Below, in pieces: positions 18,939 through 29,119 of a stretch of 64,000 bases of DNA. The notes under the pieces were generated by a model. It was not told the origin of the DNA. It worked only from the letters and a program-made list of their open reading frames with translations, and made no database searches. The DNA comes from Myxococcota bacterium. GTDB lineage: Bacteria > Myxococcota_A > UBA9160 > JAFDDA01. Position 1 is the stretch's first letter. Every line of letters begins with the position of its first letter. The stretch lies in contig OZ245817.1 in the NCBI GenBank assembly GCA_965228475.1, forward strand, positions 992,001 through 1,056,000, written 5' to 3'. The position numbers were made by a program, and so were the translations under genes.

Positions 18939-20555
18939 ATGAAGAAAGTTCGCATCGCCACCTTCGCCGAGCTCGAACCGGAGAAGCCCGCGGGGGCGCT
19001 CGTGGCCGGCGTCGACCTCGTGATCGTGCGCTGGCCGGACGAGGACGAGGTCTCGGTCCTCTACGGCCGCTGCCTGCATCGCGGCGCCCTGCTCGTGGAC
19101 GGCGAGATCCGCGGCGAGGACCTGATCTGCGGCGTCCACCAGTGGGACTACCGCTTCCGCACCGGCGTGAGCGCCTACAACAACGCCGAGCGCCTGGAGC
19201 GGTTCACGCACTTCCTCGAGGACGGCGGCGTCTTCGTCGACGAGGACGAGATCCGCGAGTGGGAGCGCTCGAACCCGCAGCCCTTCGATCGGAGCGCCTA
19301 CCAGGGGGCCTACGCCGACCCCCACGGAACCCCCGACGAGCCCTACAACCACTGGATCCAGGAGATGGCCGAGCACGGGCTCGAGCGCGTCGGTCACCAC
19401 GGGCGCGTGGACGCGATGGGCGTGCCGCGCGCGCAGCTCCCGAGCTGGGAGGCGATCCAGCTCCTGACCGCGCAGCTCCACCGCGTTCCGCTGCTCGACG
19501 ACGAGCCCGTGGCGAGCGAGCTCGTGATCGGCCCCGAGACGAAGCGGCCCCTGGCTCTGGAGATTCCGCTCTTCGTTTCGGACATGAGCTTTGGCGCGCT
19601 CTCGCTCGAGGCGAAGGTCGCGCTCGCCAAGGGTGCGGAGGAGGCGGGCACCGGCATCTGCTCGGGGGAGGGCGGCATGCTGCCGGAGGAGCAGCAGGAG
19701 AACGCCCGGTATCTCTACGAGCTGGCGTCGGCGAAGTTCGGCTACTCGCTCGAGAAGCTCTCCGCGGTGCAGGCCTTCCACTTCAAGTGCGGCCAGGGTG
19801 CGAAGACCGGCACGGGCGGGCACCTGCCCGGCCACAAGGTGAAGGGCCGCATCGCCGAGGTGCGCGGGCTTCCCGAGGGCCAATCCGCGATCTCGCCTTC
19901 GCGCTTCCCGGACCTCGAGAGCGTGGCGGACTTCCGGCGCGTGGCCGACGAGGTGCGCGAGGCGACGGGCGGCATCCCGATCGGCTTCAAGCTCTCGGCG
20001 CAGCACGTCGAGCGCGACGTCGAGGCCGCCTGCGAGGCCGGCGCGGACTACATCATCCTCGACGGGCGCGGCGGCGGTACGGGCGCCGCGCCGCTCATCT
20101 TTCGGAACAACATCAGCGTGCCGACGATCCCGGCCCTCGCGCGGGCGCGCCGCAAGCTCGATGCGCTCGGCCGCCACGACGTCACCCTGATCATCACCGG
20201 CGGCCTGCGCGCGCCCTCGGACTTCGTGAAGGCCCTGGCGCTCGGCGCCGACGGCGTGGCGCTCTCGAACGCCGCGATCCAGGCGATCGGCTGCCTCGGT
20301 ATGCGCGCGTGCCACACGAACAACTGCCCGGTCGGCATCGCCACCCAGAAGGACCACCTGCGGGCCCGGCTGCAGGTCGATCTGGCGGCGAAGCGGCTCG
20401 CGCGCTTCATGCGCTCGGCCACCGAGCTCATGCGGGTGATGGCGCGGGCCTGCGGGCACCGGCGCCTCGCCGACTTCACGCCCGACGATCTTTCGACCTT
20501 CGATCGCGACATGCACCACCTCGCCGGCATCTCATGGGCCGGGGTCACGCAGTGA
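18939..20555 (+). CDS. Rieske [2Fe-2S] + glutamate synthase FMN-domain fusion
   Basis: CLH...CGVH Rieske ligands. MSFGALS, GEGG, GQGAKTGTGGHLPG, DGRGGGTG. [3Fe-4S] motif CLGMRACHTNNCPVG. No GATase domain. Confidence 0.9.
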   Translation: MKKVRIATFAELEPEKPAGALVAGVDLVIVRWPDEDEVSVLYGRCLHRGALLVDGEIRGEDLICGVHQWDYRFRTGVSAYNNAERLERFTHFLEDGGVFVDEDEIREWERSNPQPFDRSAYQGAYADPHGTPDEPYNHWIQEMAEHGLERVGHHGRVDAMGVPRAQLPSWEAIQLLTAQLHRVPLLDDEPVASELVIGPETKRPLALEIPLFVSDMSFGALSLEAKVALAKGAEEAGTGICSGEGGMLPEEQQENARYLYELASAKFGYSLEKLSAVQAFHFKCGQGAKTGTGGHLPGHKVKGRIAEVRGLPEGQSAISPSRFPDLESVADFRRVADEVREATGGIPIGFKLSAQHVERDVEAACEAGADYIILDGRGGGTGAAPLIFRNNISVPTIPALARARRKLDALGRHDVTLIITGGLRAPSDFVKALALGADGVALSNAAIQAIGCLGMRACHTNNCPVGIATQKDHLRARLQVDLAAKRLARFMRSATELMRVMARACGHRRLADFTPDDLSTFDRDMHHLAGISWAGVTQ

Positions 20556-20574
20556 TCGCGAGAGGAGGTCCACG

Positions 20575-21429
20575 ATGAGTGAATCGAGCTGGGAAGATCT
20601 CGGCGCCACGGCGCCGAAGGATCTGATCGACGCGCGGCTCCAGCTGCACCACGCGGCGCAGCTGGTCTCGGCCGTCGGAAAGACGCTGCTCGAGGCGAAG
20701 CCCGACGACAGCCACCCGAACCTCGGCTGGCGCACGCCCGAGCGGGCGCTGGGGAGCCACCCGATCCCCGGCGAGTCGACCTTCCAGGCCGCGCTCCGCC
20801 CCGAGGGCCTCGAGCTGCTGCTGATCGACGGCGCCGGCGACGTCGTCGACGCGCATGGGCTCGAAGGCGAGACGCAAGCCTCCGGCGCCGCCTGGCTCTC
20901 GGCCGCGATCGAGCGCCACTTCGCGCGGCCCCTTCCCCAGGGACTCACGTTGCCCGGTTACGAGATCCCGAGCCACGGGGTCGGTGCGGGCGAAGTCTTC
21001 TCGGCGGACGGCGCGGCGCTCGCCGAGCTCGGCCGCTGGTTCGGCAACGCGGACGCCGCGCTCGGCGAGCTGGCCGCGCACACCGAGGGCGCCTCGGACG
21101 TGCGCTGCTGGCCCCACCACTTCGACCTCGCGACGCTCGTCGCCGTCGAGATGGGCGCGGACGGTGCGGCGACGAAGACCGTCGGCCTCGGCTTCTCGCC
21201 CGGCGATGACGGCTACCCCGAGCCCTACTGGTACGTCTCGCCGTGGCCCTACCCGGACGCATCGCTCGAACTCCCCGAACTCCCGCCGGGCGCGCACTGG
21301 CACCGCGAGGGCTACACCGCGGCGATCCTGCCGGCGAGCGCCCACGTGGCTGCCACGGACCAACGCGCCTGCCTCGCCGACTTCCTCGCGACGGCGCTCG
21401 CCGCCGGCCGCCGCATCCACGGCCACTAG
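20575..21429 (+). CDS. Conserved hypothetical (DUF5996-like)
   Basis: LQLHHAAQ, CWPHHFDLA, GFSPGD..YPEPYWYVSPWP. Confidence 0.7.
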   Translation: MSESSWEDLGATAPKDLIDARLQLHHAAQLVSAVGKTLLEAKPDDSHPNLGWRTPERALGSHPIPGESTFQAALRPEGLELLLIDGAGDVVDAHGLEGETQASGAAWLSAAIERHFARPLPQGLTLPGYEIPSHGVGAGEVFSADGAALAELGRWFGNADAALGELAAHTEGASDVRCWPHHFDLATLVAVEMGADGAATKTVGLGFSPGDDGYPEPYWYVSPWPYPDASLELPELPPGAHWHREGYTAAILPASAHVAATDQRACLADFLATALAAGRRIHGH

Positions 21430-21458
21430 ACCCGAACCCCCGTTCCCTGGAGAGACCC

Positions 21459-23423
21459 ATGTCGAACGAACTCCGCTGGTACAAGGCCCTCGACCGCGAT
21501 GAACTCCCCGAGGGCCGGGTGAAGCCCGTGACCTGCGGGCTCGCCACCGTCTGCATGACCCACCACGAGGGCCAGTACGCCGCGCTCGACAACAAGTGCC
21601 CGCACCAGGGCGGGCCGCTCGGCGAGGGCTCCATCGAGAAGGGCCTCCTGCGCTGCCCGTGGCACGGCTGGGACTACGATCCGATCACTGGCCGTTCGCC
21701 CGGCGCTTTCGACGACGGCGTCGACACCTACGAAGTCGAGGTGCGCGAGGACGGCGTCTACGTCGGACTGCCCGCGGAGCCGGAGCACGTGCGCACGGTG
21801 AGCGACGTCATGGCCGAGACGCTCGTGAACTGGGACGTCACGGCCGTCTTCGGCATGGTCGGCCACTCGAACCTCGGCCTGGCGGACGCGCTCCGCCGAC
21901 AGGAGGAGGCGGGCAAGCTCCGCTACTTCGGCATCCGCCACGAGGGCGGCGCCTCCTTCGCCTGCTCGGCCTACGGCAAGCTCACCGGCCGCCCCGCCGC
22001 GTGCTTCGCCATCGCCGGCCCCGGCGCCACGAACCTCCTGACCGGCCTCTGGGACGCGAACGTCGACCGCGCGCCGGCGCTCGCACTCACCGGCCAGGTC
22101 AACACCCAGGTGCTCGGCCCCGGCGCCTTCCAGGAGGTCGACCTCCAGGCCGCGTTCGGCAAGGTCGCCCAGTGGGCGCAGCCCGTGCTCCACTCGAGCA
22201 AGCACGCCGAGCTGGTGAACCTGGCCTGCAAGTCCGCGATCCTGAACCGCGGCGTCTCGCACCTGATCTTCCCGGACGAAGTCCAGATGCTGCCCGCGGC
22301 CGAAGGCGCGAAGGCCGGCCGGCCCGAAGGCCGCATGGCCTCGCGGGCGATCGCTCCGCCGGCGGACGCCGTCGACGCCGCCGTCGGCCTGCTCGAAAAG
22401 GCGAAACGTCCGGTCATCATCGTCGGCCACGGCGCGCGCTTCGACATGCCCGCGATCCTGGAACTCGCGGACGTGCTGCGCTGCCCCGTCGTCACCACAT
22501 TCAAGGGGAAGGGGCTCGTTTCGGACCGGCACCCGAGCGGCTGCGGCGTGCTCGGCCGGAGCGGGACGCCCATCGCCAGCCACTTCATGAACGAGAGCGA
22601 CGTGCTGCTCGTCTTCGGCGCGAGCTTCAGCGACCACACGGGCATCACGCCGAAGAAGCCGACCATCCAGGTCGACTTCGACGCCATGCAGCTCGGCCGG
22701 ACCCACGCCGTCGACGTGCCCGTGTGGGGCGAGATCGCCGCCACCGTCGGCGCCCTGAAGCCGCGGCTCGAGGGGCGGGCGGCCGCCGAGGATCAGCGCC
22801 CCGAGATCGCCCAGCGCTGGGAGATCTGGCGCGCGGAGAAGGCGAGCCGGCGCGCCGACGACCGCGGCAATGGCGTCAACTCGGCCACGATCTTCGAGGC
22901 GCTCACCCGCCACGTGCCCGAGGACGCGATCCTCGCCGTCGACGTCGGCAACAACACCTACTCCTTCGGCCGCTACTTCGAGTGCGAGCGCCAGGCGGTG
23001 CTGATGAGCGGTTATCTCGGCTCGATCGGGTTCTCCCTGCCCGCTGCGATGGGCGCCTGGGCGGCGACGCAGGAGTCAGATCCGCGCTTCGCCGGCCGCA
23101 AGGTCGTCTCCGTCTCGGGCGACGGCGGCTTCGGCCAGTACATGGGCGAGCTGCTCACCGCCGTGAAGTACGGCATGAACATCACCCACGTGCTCCTGCG
23201 CAACGACCAGCTCGGCAAGATCAGCAAGGAGCAGCGGAGCGGGAACTGGGAGGTGTGGCAGACCTCGCTCCACAACCCGAGCTTCGCCGAGTACGCGCGC
23301 ATCTCCGGCGCCCTCGGCATCGAGGTGCGCGAGGCGAGCCAGCTCGACGCGGCGCTCGCCGAAGCGCTCGCGGCGCCAGGGCCGAGCCTGGTCGAGATCG
23401 TTTCGGACGCAGAGCTGATCTAG
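21459..23423 (+). CDS. Rieske + thiamine-diphosphate enzyme (pyruvate oxidase/ALS-like) fusion
   Basis: CPH...CPWH Rieske ligands. IRHE, GPGATN, GDGG...N ThDP motif. Confidence 0.9.
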   Translation: MSNELRWYKALDRDELPEGRVKPVTCGLATVCMTHHEGQYAALDNKCPHQGGPLGEGSIEKGLLRCPWHGWDYDPITGRSPGAFDDGVDTYEVEVREDGVYVGLPAEPEHVRTVSDVMAETLVNWDVTAVFGMVGHSNLGLADALRRQEEAGKLRYFGIRHEGGASFACSAYGKLTGRPAACFAIAGPGATNLLTGLWDANVDRAPALALTGQVNTQVLGPGAFQEVDLQAAFGKVAQWAQPVLHSSKHAELVNLACKSAILNRGVSHLIFPDEVQMLPAAEGAKAGRPEGRMASRAIAPPADAVDAAVGLLEKAKRPVIIVGHGARFDMPAILELADVLRCPVVTTFKGKGLVSDRHPSGCGVLGRSGTPIASHFMNESDVLLVFGASFSDHTGITPKKPTIQVDFDAMQLGRTHAVDVPVWGEIAATVGALKPRLEGRAAAEDQRPEIAQRWEIWRAEKASRRADDRGNGVNSATIFEALTRHVPEDAILAVDVGNNTYSFGRYFECERQAVLMSGYLGSIGFSLPAAMGAWAATQESDPRFAGRKVVSVSGDGGFGQYMGELLTAVKYGMNITHVLLRNDQLGKISKEQRSGNWEVWQTSLHNPSFAEYARISGALGIEVREASQLDAALAEALAAPGPSLVEIVSDAELI

Positions 23424-23788
23424 ACGGCCGAGCTACTCGCGCCCCTGGGAGATCTCCCACTCGAGCTCGAGGCGGCGCTGTTCGCGCTCTTGTTCGTAGA
23501 GGTCCTCGAGCCGCCGCTCTTCGTCGGCTGCGTGCAGCCACGGCGTGAACTCCGGCGAATCTGGAAGCCGGTGTGGCGCAGCCCGCGGCCAGCAGACCCG
23601 CGAGAACGGCGGCCAGGGTTCTTTGCGATCTCGTCGTGGGCAGGAGACTCCGCCTTTCGTCGACCCGTTTCGATGCCGTCTTGGGTGGGCGGGTTTCGTT
23701 CAGGGTCGCGGAAAGAATAAGCGACCTCGTCCGAAACCTCACGGTTTCGCTGGCGTCGAAGGGTCTCATTCATGGGAGGACAATCGAG

Positions 23789-24178
23789 ATGTCCGGTTCA
23801 CTGCTCGAGAAAACGGTGCGAATGATCGAGGGTCTGAAGGAGGGGCGGTTCATCGAAGGGATGGAGGAGTTCTACGCGGATGACGCCATCAACGAAGAGC
23901 CGACGGGTGCACGCATCGTCGGCAAGAGCGCCATCATCGAGAACGAGCGAGAGGTTCTTGCGAACGTCGCCACTTTTCACGGTGCCGAGATCCGCTCGTT
24001 CGGCGTCGGGGAGGACGATGGGAACGGAAACGGCACCACCTTCGCCGAGTACAAGCTCACGGTCGACATGAAGGACGGCAGCCGGTTCAACCCCGACCAG
24101 GTCCAGGTCACGCGCTGGCGAGGCGGCAAAGCAGTCCACATCAAGTTCTACTACGACCCGTCTTTCCCGGCTCAATAG
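23789..24178 (+). CDS. SnoaL/NTF2-like protein
   Basis: GGAGG RBS. MEEFYADDA..EP, QVQVTRWRGGK...KFYY. Confidence 0.8.
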   Translation: MSGSLLEKTVRMIEGLKEGRFIEGMEEFYADDAINEEPTGARIVGKSAIIENEREVLANVATFHGAEIRSFGVGEDDGNGNGTTFAEYKLTVDMKDGSRFNPDQVQVTRWRGGKAVHIKFYYDPSFPAQ

Positions 24179-24270
24179 ACTCGGGGCTTCGAGGGGCGGC
24201 GAAGGGCGTGAAACCGCCGGGGTCGGTGGCTCGTACTGGAAGCAAGGCAACGAAACGAAAGGAACGAACC

Positions 24271-24675
24271 ATGCTTCCCAAGCTCATCGCCATCGTCCTG
24301 CTGCTCGCTACGCCCGCCGCCCTGGCGGAGACCCACGCTCGCAACGGCGAGTTCTACGCCGCGGAGAAGCGGCGGGCCGCGGGAGGGGCCGCCGTCGTGA
24401 AGACCGCGGAGGGCGCCTATCAGGTGCAGCTCTCCGAGGACTTCAAGAGTGCGAGCGGCCCGGATCTCTACGTCGTCCTGATCAAGGCCGACGCCCCGAA
24501 GAAGGGGCGTGACGTGCGCAAGGCCGGCTACGTCCGGCTGGCCCGCCTCGAGAAGAACCGCGGCGCCCAGAGCTACGCGATCCCCGCGGAGATCGACGTG
24601 GCCGACTACTCGGCCATCGGGATCTGGTGCGAGGAGTACAGCGTGCTGTTCTCCGCGGCCTCGCTCGGCAGCTAG
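24271..24675 (+). CDS. DM13 domain exported protein
   Basis: Signal peptide. GPDLYVVL, GAQSYAIP, IWCEEYSVLF. Confidence 0.85.
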   Translation: MLPKLIAIVLLLATPAALAETHARNGEFYAAEKRRAAGGAAVVKTAEGAYQVQLSEDFKSASGPDLYVVLIKADAPKKGRDVRKAGYVRLARLEKNRGAQSYAIPAEIDVADYSAIGIWCEEYSVLFSAASLGS

Positions 24676-24699
24676 CCCGCCCGGCCGGGGCTCCCGGCC

Positions 24700-26745
24700 T
24701 CAGTCCACCAGATTTCCGAACAGGATCAGGTGTCCGGACGCTCCGCCGTGGCGGAGCGTCCGGACGGCGTCGATGCGCTTGCCCTCCAGAGTCGGAAGGG
24801 GGAAGGACTGGACGGCGGCATCGAGTGCATCGGTGATCGTGCCTTCCAGCAAACCGCCATCGGCCAGCAGGAAGAGATCGATCAGATTCGGTCCGATCGC
24901 GGGGTTGTCGAAGTCGGTGAAGACGGTCGTCACGTCGAGGCTCGGGCTGCAGGGCTGGCCGGGCTCATCCGGCGCGCACAGGAAGACGTTGATGCCGAGG
25001 CGGGCTTCGCCATCGACGTCGACCGAGACGAGGTCGTAGCCGGCCTCGAAGACCACGGCGATCCGGACCACGAGCTTCGAAGAGCCCGAGACTCCCTGCC
25101 GCGCCGGGTCGGTGCGGACGTCGACGTTCAGCTGGGCGACGAGGTCGCCCATGGCGTTCGCGATGCCGTTCCCACCGCGCGAGACGATGGGCAGGGTCGG
25201 GTAGTACTGGATCTGGAGGAAGTCCTCGCAGTCGACCCCGAGCGCGGTGCAGAGGAAGGGGTCGTTCCCGAGCAGGCACTTGTAGGTCAGGTCCGGGCCG
25301 TCGAACGGTTCGCCGTCCGGGGCGTAGGTGCGGCACGAGTCCATCTCCGTCACGCGCCCCGAGAAGTGGCCTTGCGCCGCCATCTCCTTGAAGAGCGTGC
25401 TGAAGGCGGTGTCGCTGAAGCCGACGGCGAGGTCGTAGGGGAGGGCGTCCGGGGTCGGGAGCACGTCGGTCAGGTCCGTGGGTGCGGAGGTCGGCACGAT
25501 GTAGGTGTCGCGGCCGAGCAGGGGACAGAGCCTCGGGTGGTCCTCGAAGGGTTCGCCCGGGTCGCAGCGGGTCGCCGTGGCTTCGGGGAAGATCCCCGCT
25601 ACGACCGTGATGCCGTCGACGTCCTCGGGGACCCGGTCGATCGCGGCGTGGAGGTCGACGTCGAGGGACGTCCCCACACTCTGGGCCAGGCCGATCCCGG
25701 CGAGGGCGCCCTCGAAGGCCTGTGCGATGGGCTTGTCGTCGCCGTTCAGCGCATCTTCGACCGCGGTCTCGAGCGTGTCGGTGACGTCGGGGGAGGCGAT
25801 CCAGGAGATCAGCGTTCCGAGGAGCCCGCCGACGAACCCGGCGCAGTCGAGATCGGTCGTGCTCCAGGGGACGTCGACGATGGCGTCGCCCGCTTGCTCG
25901 ACGCGGACGTGGGCCGGATCGCTCGGGTCGTCGTGGAGCCGGTAGGCGCTGTCGACCCAGAACCCGGGCGTGTCGACGGCGACGTCGCAGGTGAAGCCGA
26001 TGCCCGAGAGCCGGCCGACGACCCGCAGCGTGAGATCGACGCCGTCGACGTGGATGTCCGAGTGCACGTGGTTCGTCTGGGAGTCGAGCGCGACGGAAAT
26101 CTCGCCGATGTCCTCGTCCCAGAGCTGGACGCTGTTGATCCGGAAGAGGCACGTCCCGAAGGGGCCGCCCTGGAGGCAGGGCTCCGCCCCGCCGAGCAGG
26201 TCGCTGCTTCCGACGATCTGTCCGAGATCCAGCTGGGCCGACGCGATGGTCGAGATGCTCGGCTCGAGTTCGTCGATGCCGGAATCGTTCACGCGAACGA
26301 GGACCGTCTCCTCGTCGCCGTCGCCGACGTGGGCCAGCGTCTCCGCGACGACCAGCGTGTGGAGCGCCCGCAGGACCTGGGCACCGCCGCCGCCGTACCG
26401 GGCCTCGGCGACGATCGGGTAGTAGACCTGGTTGGCGCCGGCAGGCAGCGTGAGGGTTGCGGAGTACGCGCCGGTCACCGGATCGAGGGTGGCGACCACG
26501 GCACTCTGGGGCGTGCCGACCTCGTTCCACCAGAGGCGGACGGTGGCCGTCGTGAGGTCGACGTTTCGCAGGGCGCCCTGCACGGACACCGAAGAGCCCT
26601 GGGCGCCGCTGAAGTGGAACGCGCCATGCGTCGGCGACGTGATGACCAGGGACGGCGGGCTTCCGCAGCCGGCACCCGTCGCGAACAGCGCGCTCCAGCC
26701 ACACAGGATTCCGATCCAAACGGATCTCTTGACATTGCAGGCCAT
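24700..26745 (-). CDS. Cys-rich lipoprotein, Ig-like N-domain + BPI/LBP(TULIP)-like region (paralog A)
   Basis: LFATGAG|C signal. ITSPTHGAF, VRVNDSGIDEL, YDLAVGFSDTAFSTL. Aligns by eye with 26906..28963. TULIP fold is inference. Confidence 0.7.
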   Translation of the reverse strand: MACNVKRSVWIGILCGWSALFATGAGCGSPPSLVITSPTHGAFHFSGAQGSSVSVQGALRNVDLTTATVRLWWNEVGTPQSAVVATLDPVTGAYSATLTLPAGANQVYYPIVAEARYGGGGAQVLRALHTLVVAETLAHVGDGDEETVLVRVNDSGIDELEPSISTIASAQLDLGQIVGSSDLLGGAEPCLQGGPFGTCLFRINSVQLWDEDIGEISVALDSQTNHVHSDIHVDGVDLTLRVVGRLSGIGFTCDVAVDTPGFWVDSAYRLHDDPSDPAHVRVEQAGDAIVDVPWSTTDLDCAGFVGGLLGTLISWIASPDVTDTLETAVEDALNGDDKPIAQAFEGALAGIGLAQSVGTSLDVDLHAAIDRVPEDVDGITVVAGIFPEATATRCDPGEPFEDHPRLCPLLGRDTYIVPTSAPTDLTDVLPTPDALPYDLAVGFSDTAFSTLFKEMAAQGHFSGRVTEMDSCRTYAPDGEPFDGPDLTYKCLLGNDPFLCTALGVDCEDFLQIQYYPTLPIVSRGGNGIANAMGDLVAQLNVDVRTDPARQGVSGSSKLVVRIAVVFEAGYDLVSVDVDGEARLGINVFLCAPDEPGQPCSPSLDVTTVFTDFDNPAIGPNLIDLFLLADGGLLEGTITDALDAAVQSFPLPTLEGKRIDAVRTLRHGGASGHLILFGNLVD

Positions 26746-26905
26746 GGCTTCGTCCCCTCCTCGACGCGTCGACGGCAGTGTCTCGGGCGTCCGATTCGAG
26801 TTCTCTACTGCCTGGCTTTGCGGGCGGGCAACCCAGTCTCCGGCCCGGAATCGGTTGCTCACCTCGGGAACGGATCGATAGAAGGCATCGATCAGGAGGA
26901 ACACC

Positions 26906-28963
26906 ATGCCCGCGCCCAGCCCTCGAAGCCTTCTCGTGCTCGTCGCCATCGCCTTCAGTGGAATCGGGGGGGCCGCGTGTCAGCCCGGGCCGCCGATCCA
27001 GCTCACCTCGCCCGGCAACAACGCATTCCACGAGCTCGGCGCGACGGGCGACAAGCTCGAGGTGAAGGGGTGGGTCGACCGGAACGCCGTCGATCTCTCG
27101 ACCGCGCTCGTGACGCTCCACCTGAACGAGGTGTCGCTCTTTGGAACGCCGATTCCCGTCACGCTCGACAGCCAGGGGAAGTTCTCGGTCCTGGTCGACG
27201 TGGACTACCGCGTCTCCGGCGCATCGACCCAGCGCGGCCTGAACACCGTCTTCGCCCGGCTCCGAATCCAGGGCGACCCGCTCTACGACCGCCGGGCCGC
27301 GGCCACGTTCGTGCTCGGCGAGGAAGCGAACGTCGAGTGGGGTGATGCCGCCGACCCCGCCGTGGCGCTCCGCCTGAACGAAGCAGGGCTGAACGAGGTC
27401 GCGGGCGCGGTCTCGGGCACGCTCGAGCAGGGCGTCGACATCGCGGCCCTGATCGGCGAGGACGGAGCGGGCAACCCGCGCCAGATCCTGGACGACCAGT
27501 GCATCCCGGCGAGCAGCTGCACCTTCGAGGTGGACGGCTTCGTCACGCTGGTGAGCTACGGGACGCTCGGCGTGGATCTCGACGCGCGGGGCCCCTCGAG
27601 CCCGACGCCCTCGCAAACGCTGCTCGGCGTCGACATCTCGAATCTCGCCATCCACTTCGAGGCCTACGACGTGGCTCCGCCCTTCGCGAACGTCTACTGC
27701 TCGGGCACGATCCGCGCGAACCCGCTGCGGATGGAATCCTTCCTCGATCAGGCGCCGGCGGGGCAGGGCGTCGCGGTCAGTCAGCTCGCCGTGCAGGCGG
27801 GCCTCGCGAACTTCCAGCTGACCTTCGACGGCGACCCGCAGGACCCCCAGCTCTGCGGCTATCCGCCGCTCACGAGCTTCCTGCAGACCACACTCGCGCC
27901 CCAGCTCGAGGCGCTCGCCACGCAGCAGATCGCCGCCGCGCTCGAAGACCCGGACGGCACGGGCCCCGGCCGCCCGCTCATCGAGGAGGCCGTCGAGGAC
28001 GCGATCAACGGCCTCGCGCTGCAGCAGCAGCTCGAGCCGGACCTGCGCATGGACCTGAACGGCACGTTCACGCGCATCGAAGAGGACGACGACGGGATCA
28101 CGTACTGGACCCGGACGACGCCCATCGTCACCGCGACCGACTGCGACGACGGCGAACCCTTCCCGGGGGCGTGTCCCACGCTGGGCACTTCTTCCTACCT
28201 CGTTCCGCTCTCTTCGAACACGCCCGTGGCCCAGGCGACCGCGCCCAACGGCACGGCCTACGACCTCGGCGTGTACCTGAGCGAAAGCTTCCTCGGGCAG
28301 ATCGTCCGCGGCTTCGCGGAGGCCGGGGGCCTCTCCGGCGTGATCGATTCGCTGCCCGATTGCCCGCTCTACACGCCGGTGGGTCAGCGCGTGCTGAGTG
28401 CCGGCTGCCTGTTCCAGGACGATCCGCAGCTGCTCGCGGCCACCGGGCTGGTGGCCACGGACATCCTCGAAATCCGCCACCGCCCCACCGCGGCGCCGGT
28501 CTTCCCGGGCGGCGCCGGGCCGCTCGGTTCCCACGCGGCGCTGCAGCTCGGCGGACTCGTGCTCGACCTGCGACACCCCGCGGCCGCGAAGCCCCTGCTC
28601 ACGCGGATCCTGATCCGGCTGAACGGCGGGCTGAGCCTCGTCTTCGATCCGGTCAGCGAACGGCTCGCCTTCGAGATCGAGTACTGCACCGATCCGACGA
28701 CCTGCACGCCCGATTCGACGGCGACCGCCCTTTCTTCCGCCTTCCCGAGCCCCACGGTGTCGCCCGCGCTGCTCGATCTCGTGGTCAACGGAACCATCCT
28801 GCCGGACGTGATCCTGCCCACCCTGACCGAGGGGATCGCCTCCTTCGCGGTGCCGACCCTGCTCGGGCTCGAGCTCGACGAGGTCCAGACCACGCCGGAC
28901 CAGGGCTTCCTCGGCCTGTTCCTCGACCTCATCCCGCCGCCGCCGTGCGTGGGCTGCCAGTAG
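26906..28963 (+). CDS. Cys-rich lipoprotein, Ig-like N-domain + BPI/LBP(TULIP)-like region (paralog B)
   Basis: GIGGAA|C signal. LTSPGNNAF, LRLNEAGLNEV, YDLGVYLSESFLGQI. Confidence 0.7.
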   Translation: MPAPSPRSLLVLVAIAFSGIGGAACQPGPPIQLTSPGNNAFHELGATGDKLEVKGWVDRNAVDLSTALVTLHLNEVSLFGTPIPVTLDSQGKFSVLVDVDYRVSGASTQRGLNTVFARLRIQGDPLYDRRAAATFVLGEEANVEWGDAADPAVALRLNEAGLNEVAGAVSGTLEQGVDIAALIGEDGAGNPRQILDDQCIPASSCTFEVDGFVTLVSYGTLGVDLDARGPSSPTPSQTLLGVDISNLAIHFEAYDVAPPFANVYCSGTIRANPLRMESFLDQAPAGQGVAVSQLAVQAGLANFQLTFDGDPQDPQLCGYPPLTSFLQTTLAPQLEALATQQIAAALEDPDGTGPGRPLIEEAVEDAINGLALQQQLEPDLRMDLNGTFTRIEEDDDGITYWTRTTPIVTATDCDDGEPFPGACPTLGTSSYLVPLSSNTPVAQATAPNGTAYDLGVYLSESFLGQIVRGFAEAGGLSGVIDSLPDCPLYTPVGQRVLSAGCLFQDDPQLLAATGLVATDILEIRHRPTAAPVFPGGAGPLGSHAALQLGGLVLDLRHPAAAKPLLTRILIRLNGGLSLVFDPVSERLAFEIEYCTDPTTCTPDSTATALSSAFPSPTVSPALLDLVVNGTILPDVILPTLTEGIASFAVPTLLGLELDEVQTTPDQGFLGLFLDLIPPPPCVGCQ

Positions 28964-29119
28964 GCCGGGCGCGTTTGCGGCGCTTTCGGGACGCGATTCA
29001 TCACGTGCGTTCTGGATTGCGCGTCGCTCGTCGACCTCGCGCCCTTCCAAGCAAGCCGATTCGGTTGAGGGCCCCAATCCCTCGCCGTAAACCGATCCTG
29101 CGAAACCGGAGAAACGCAG

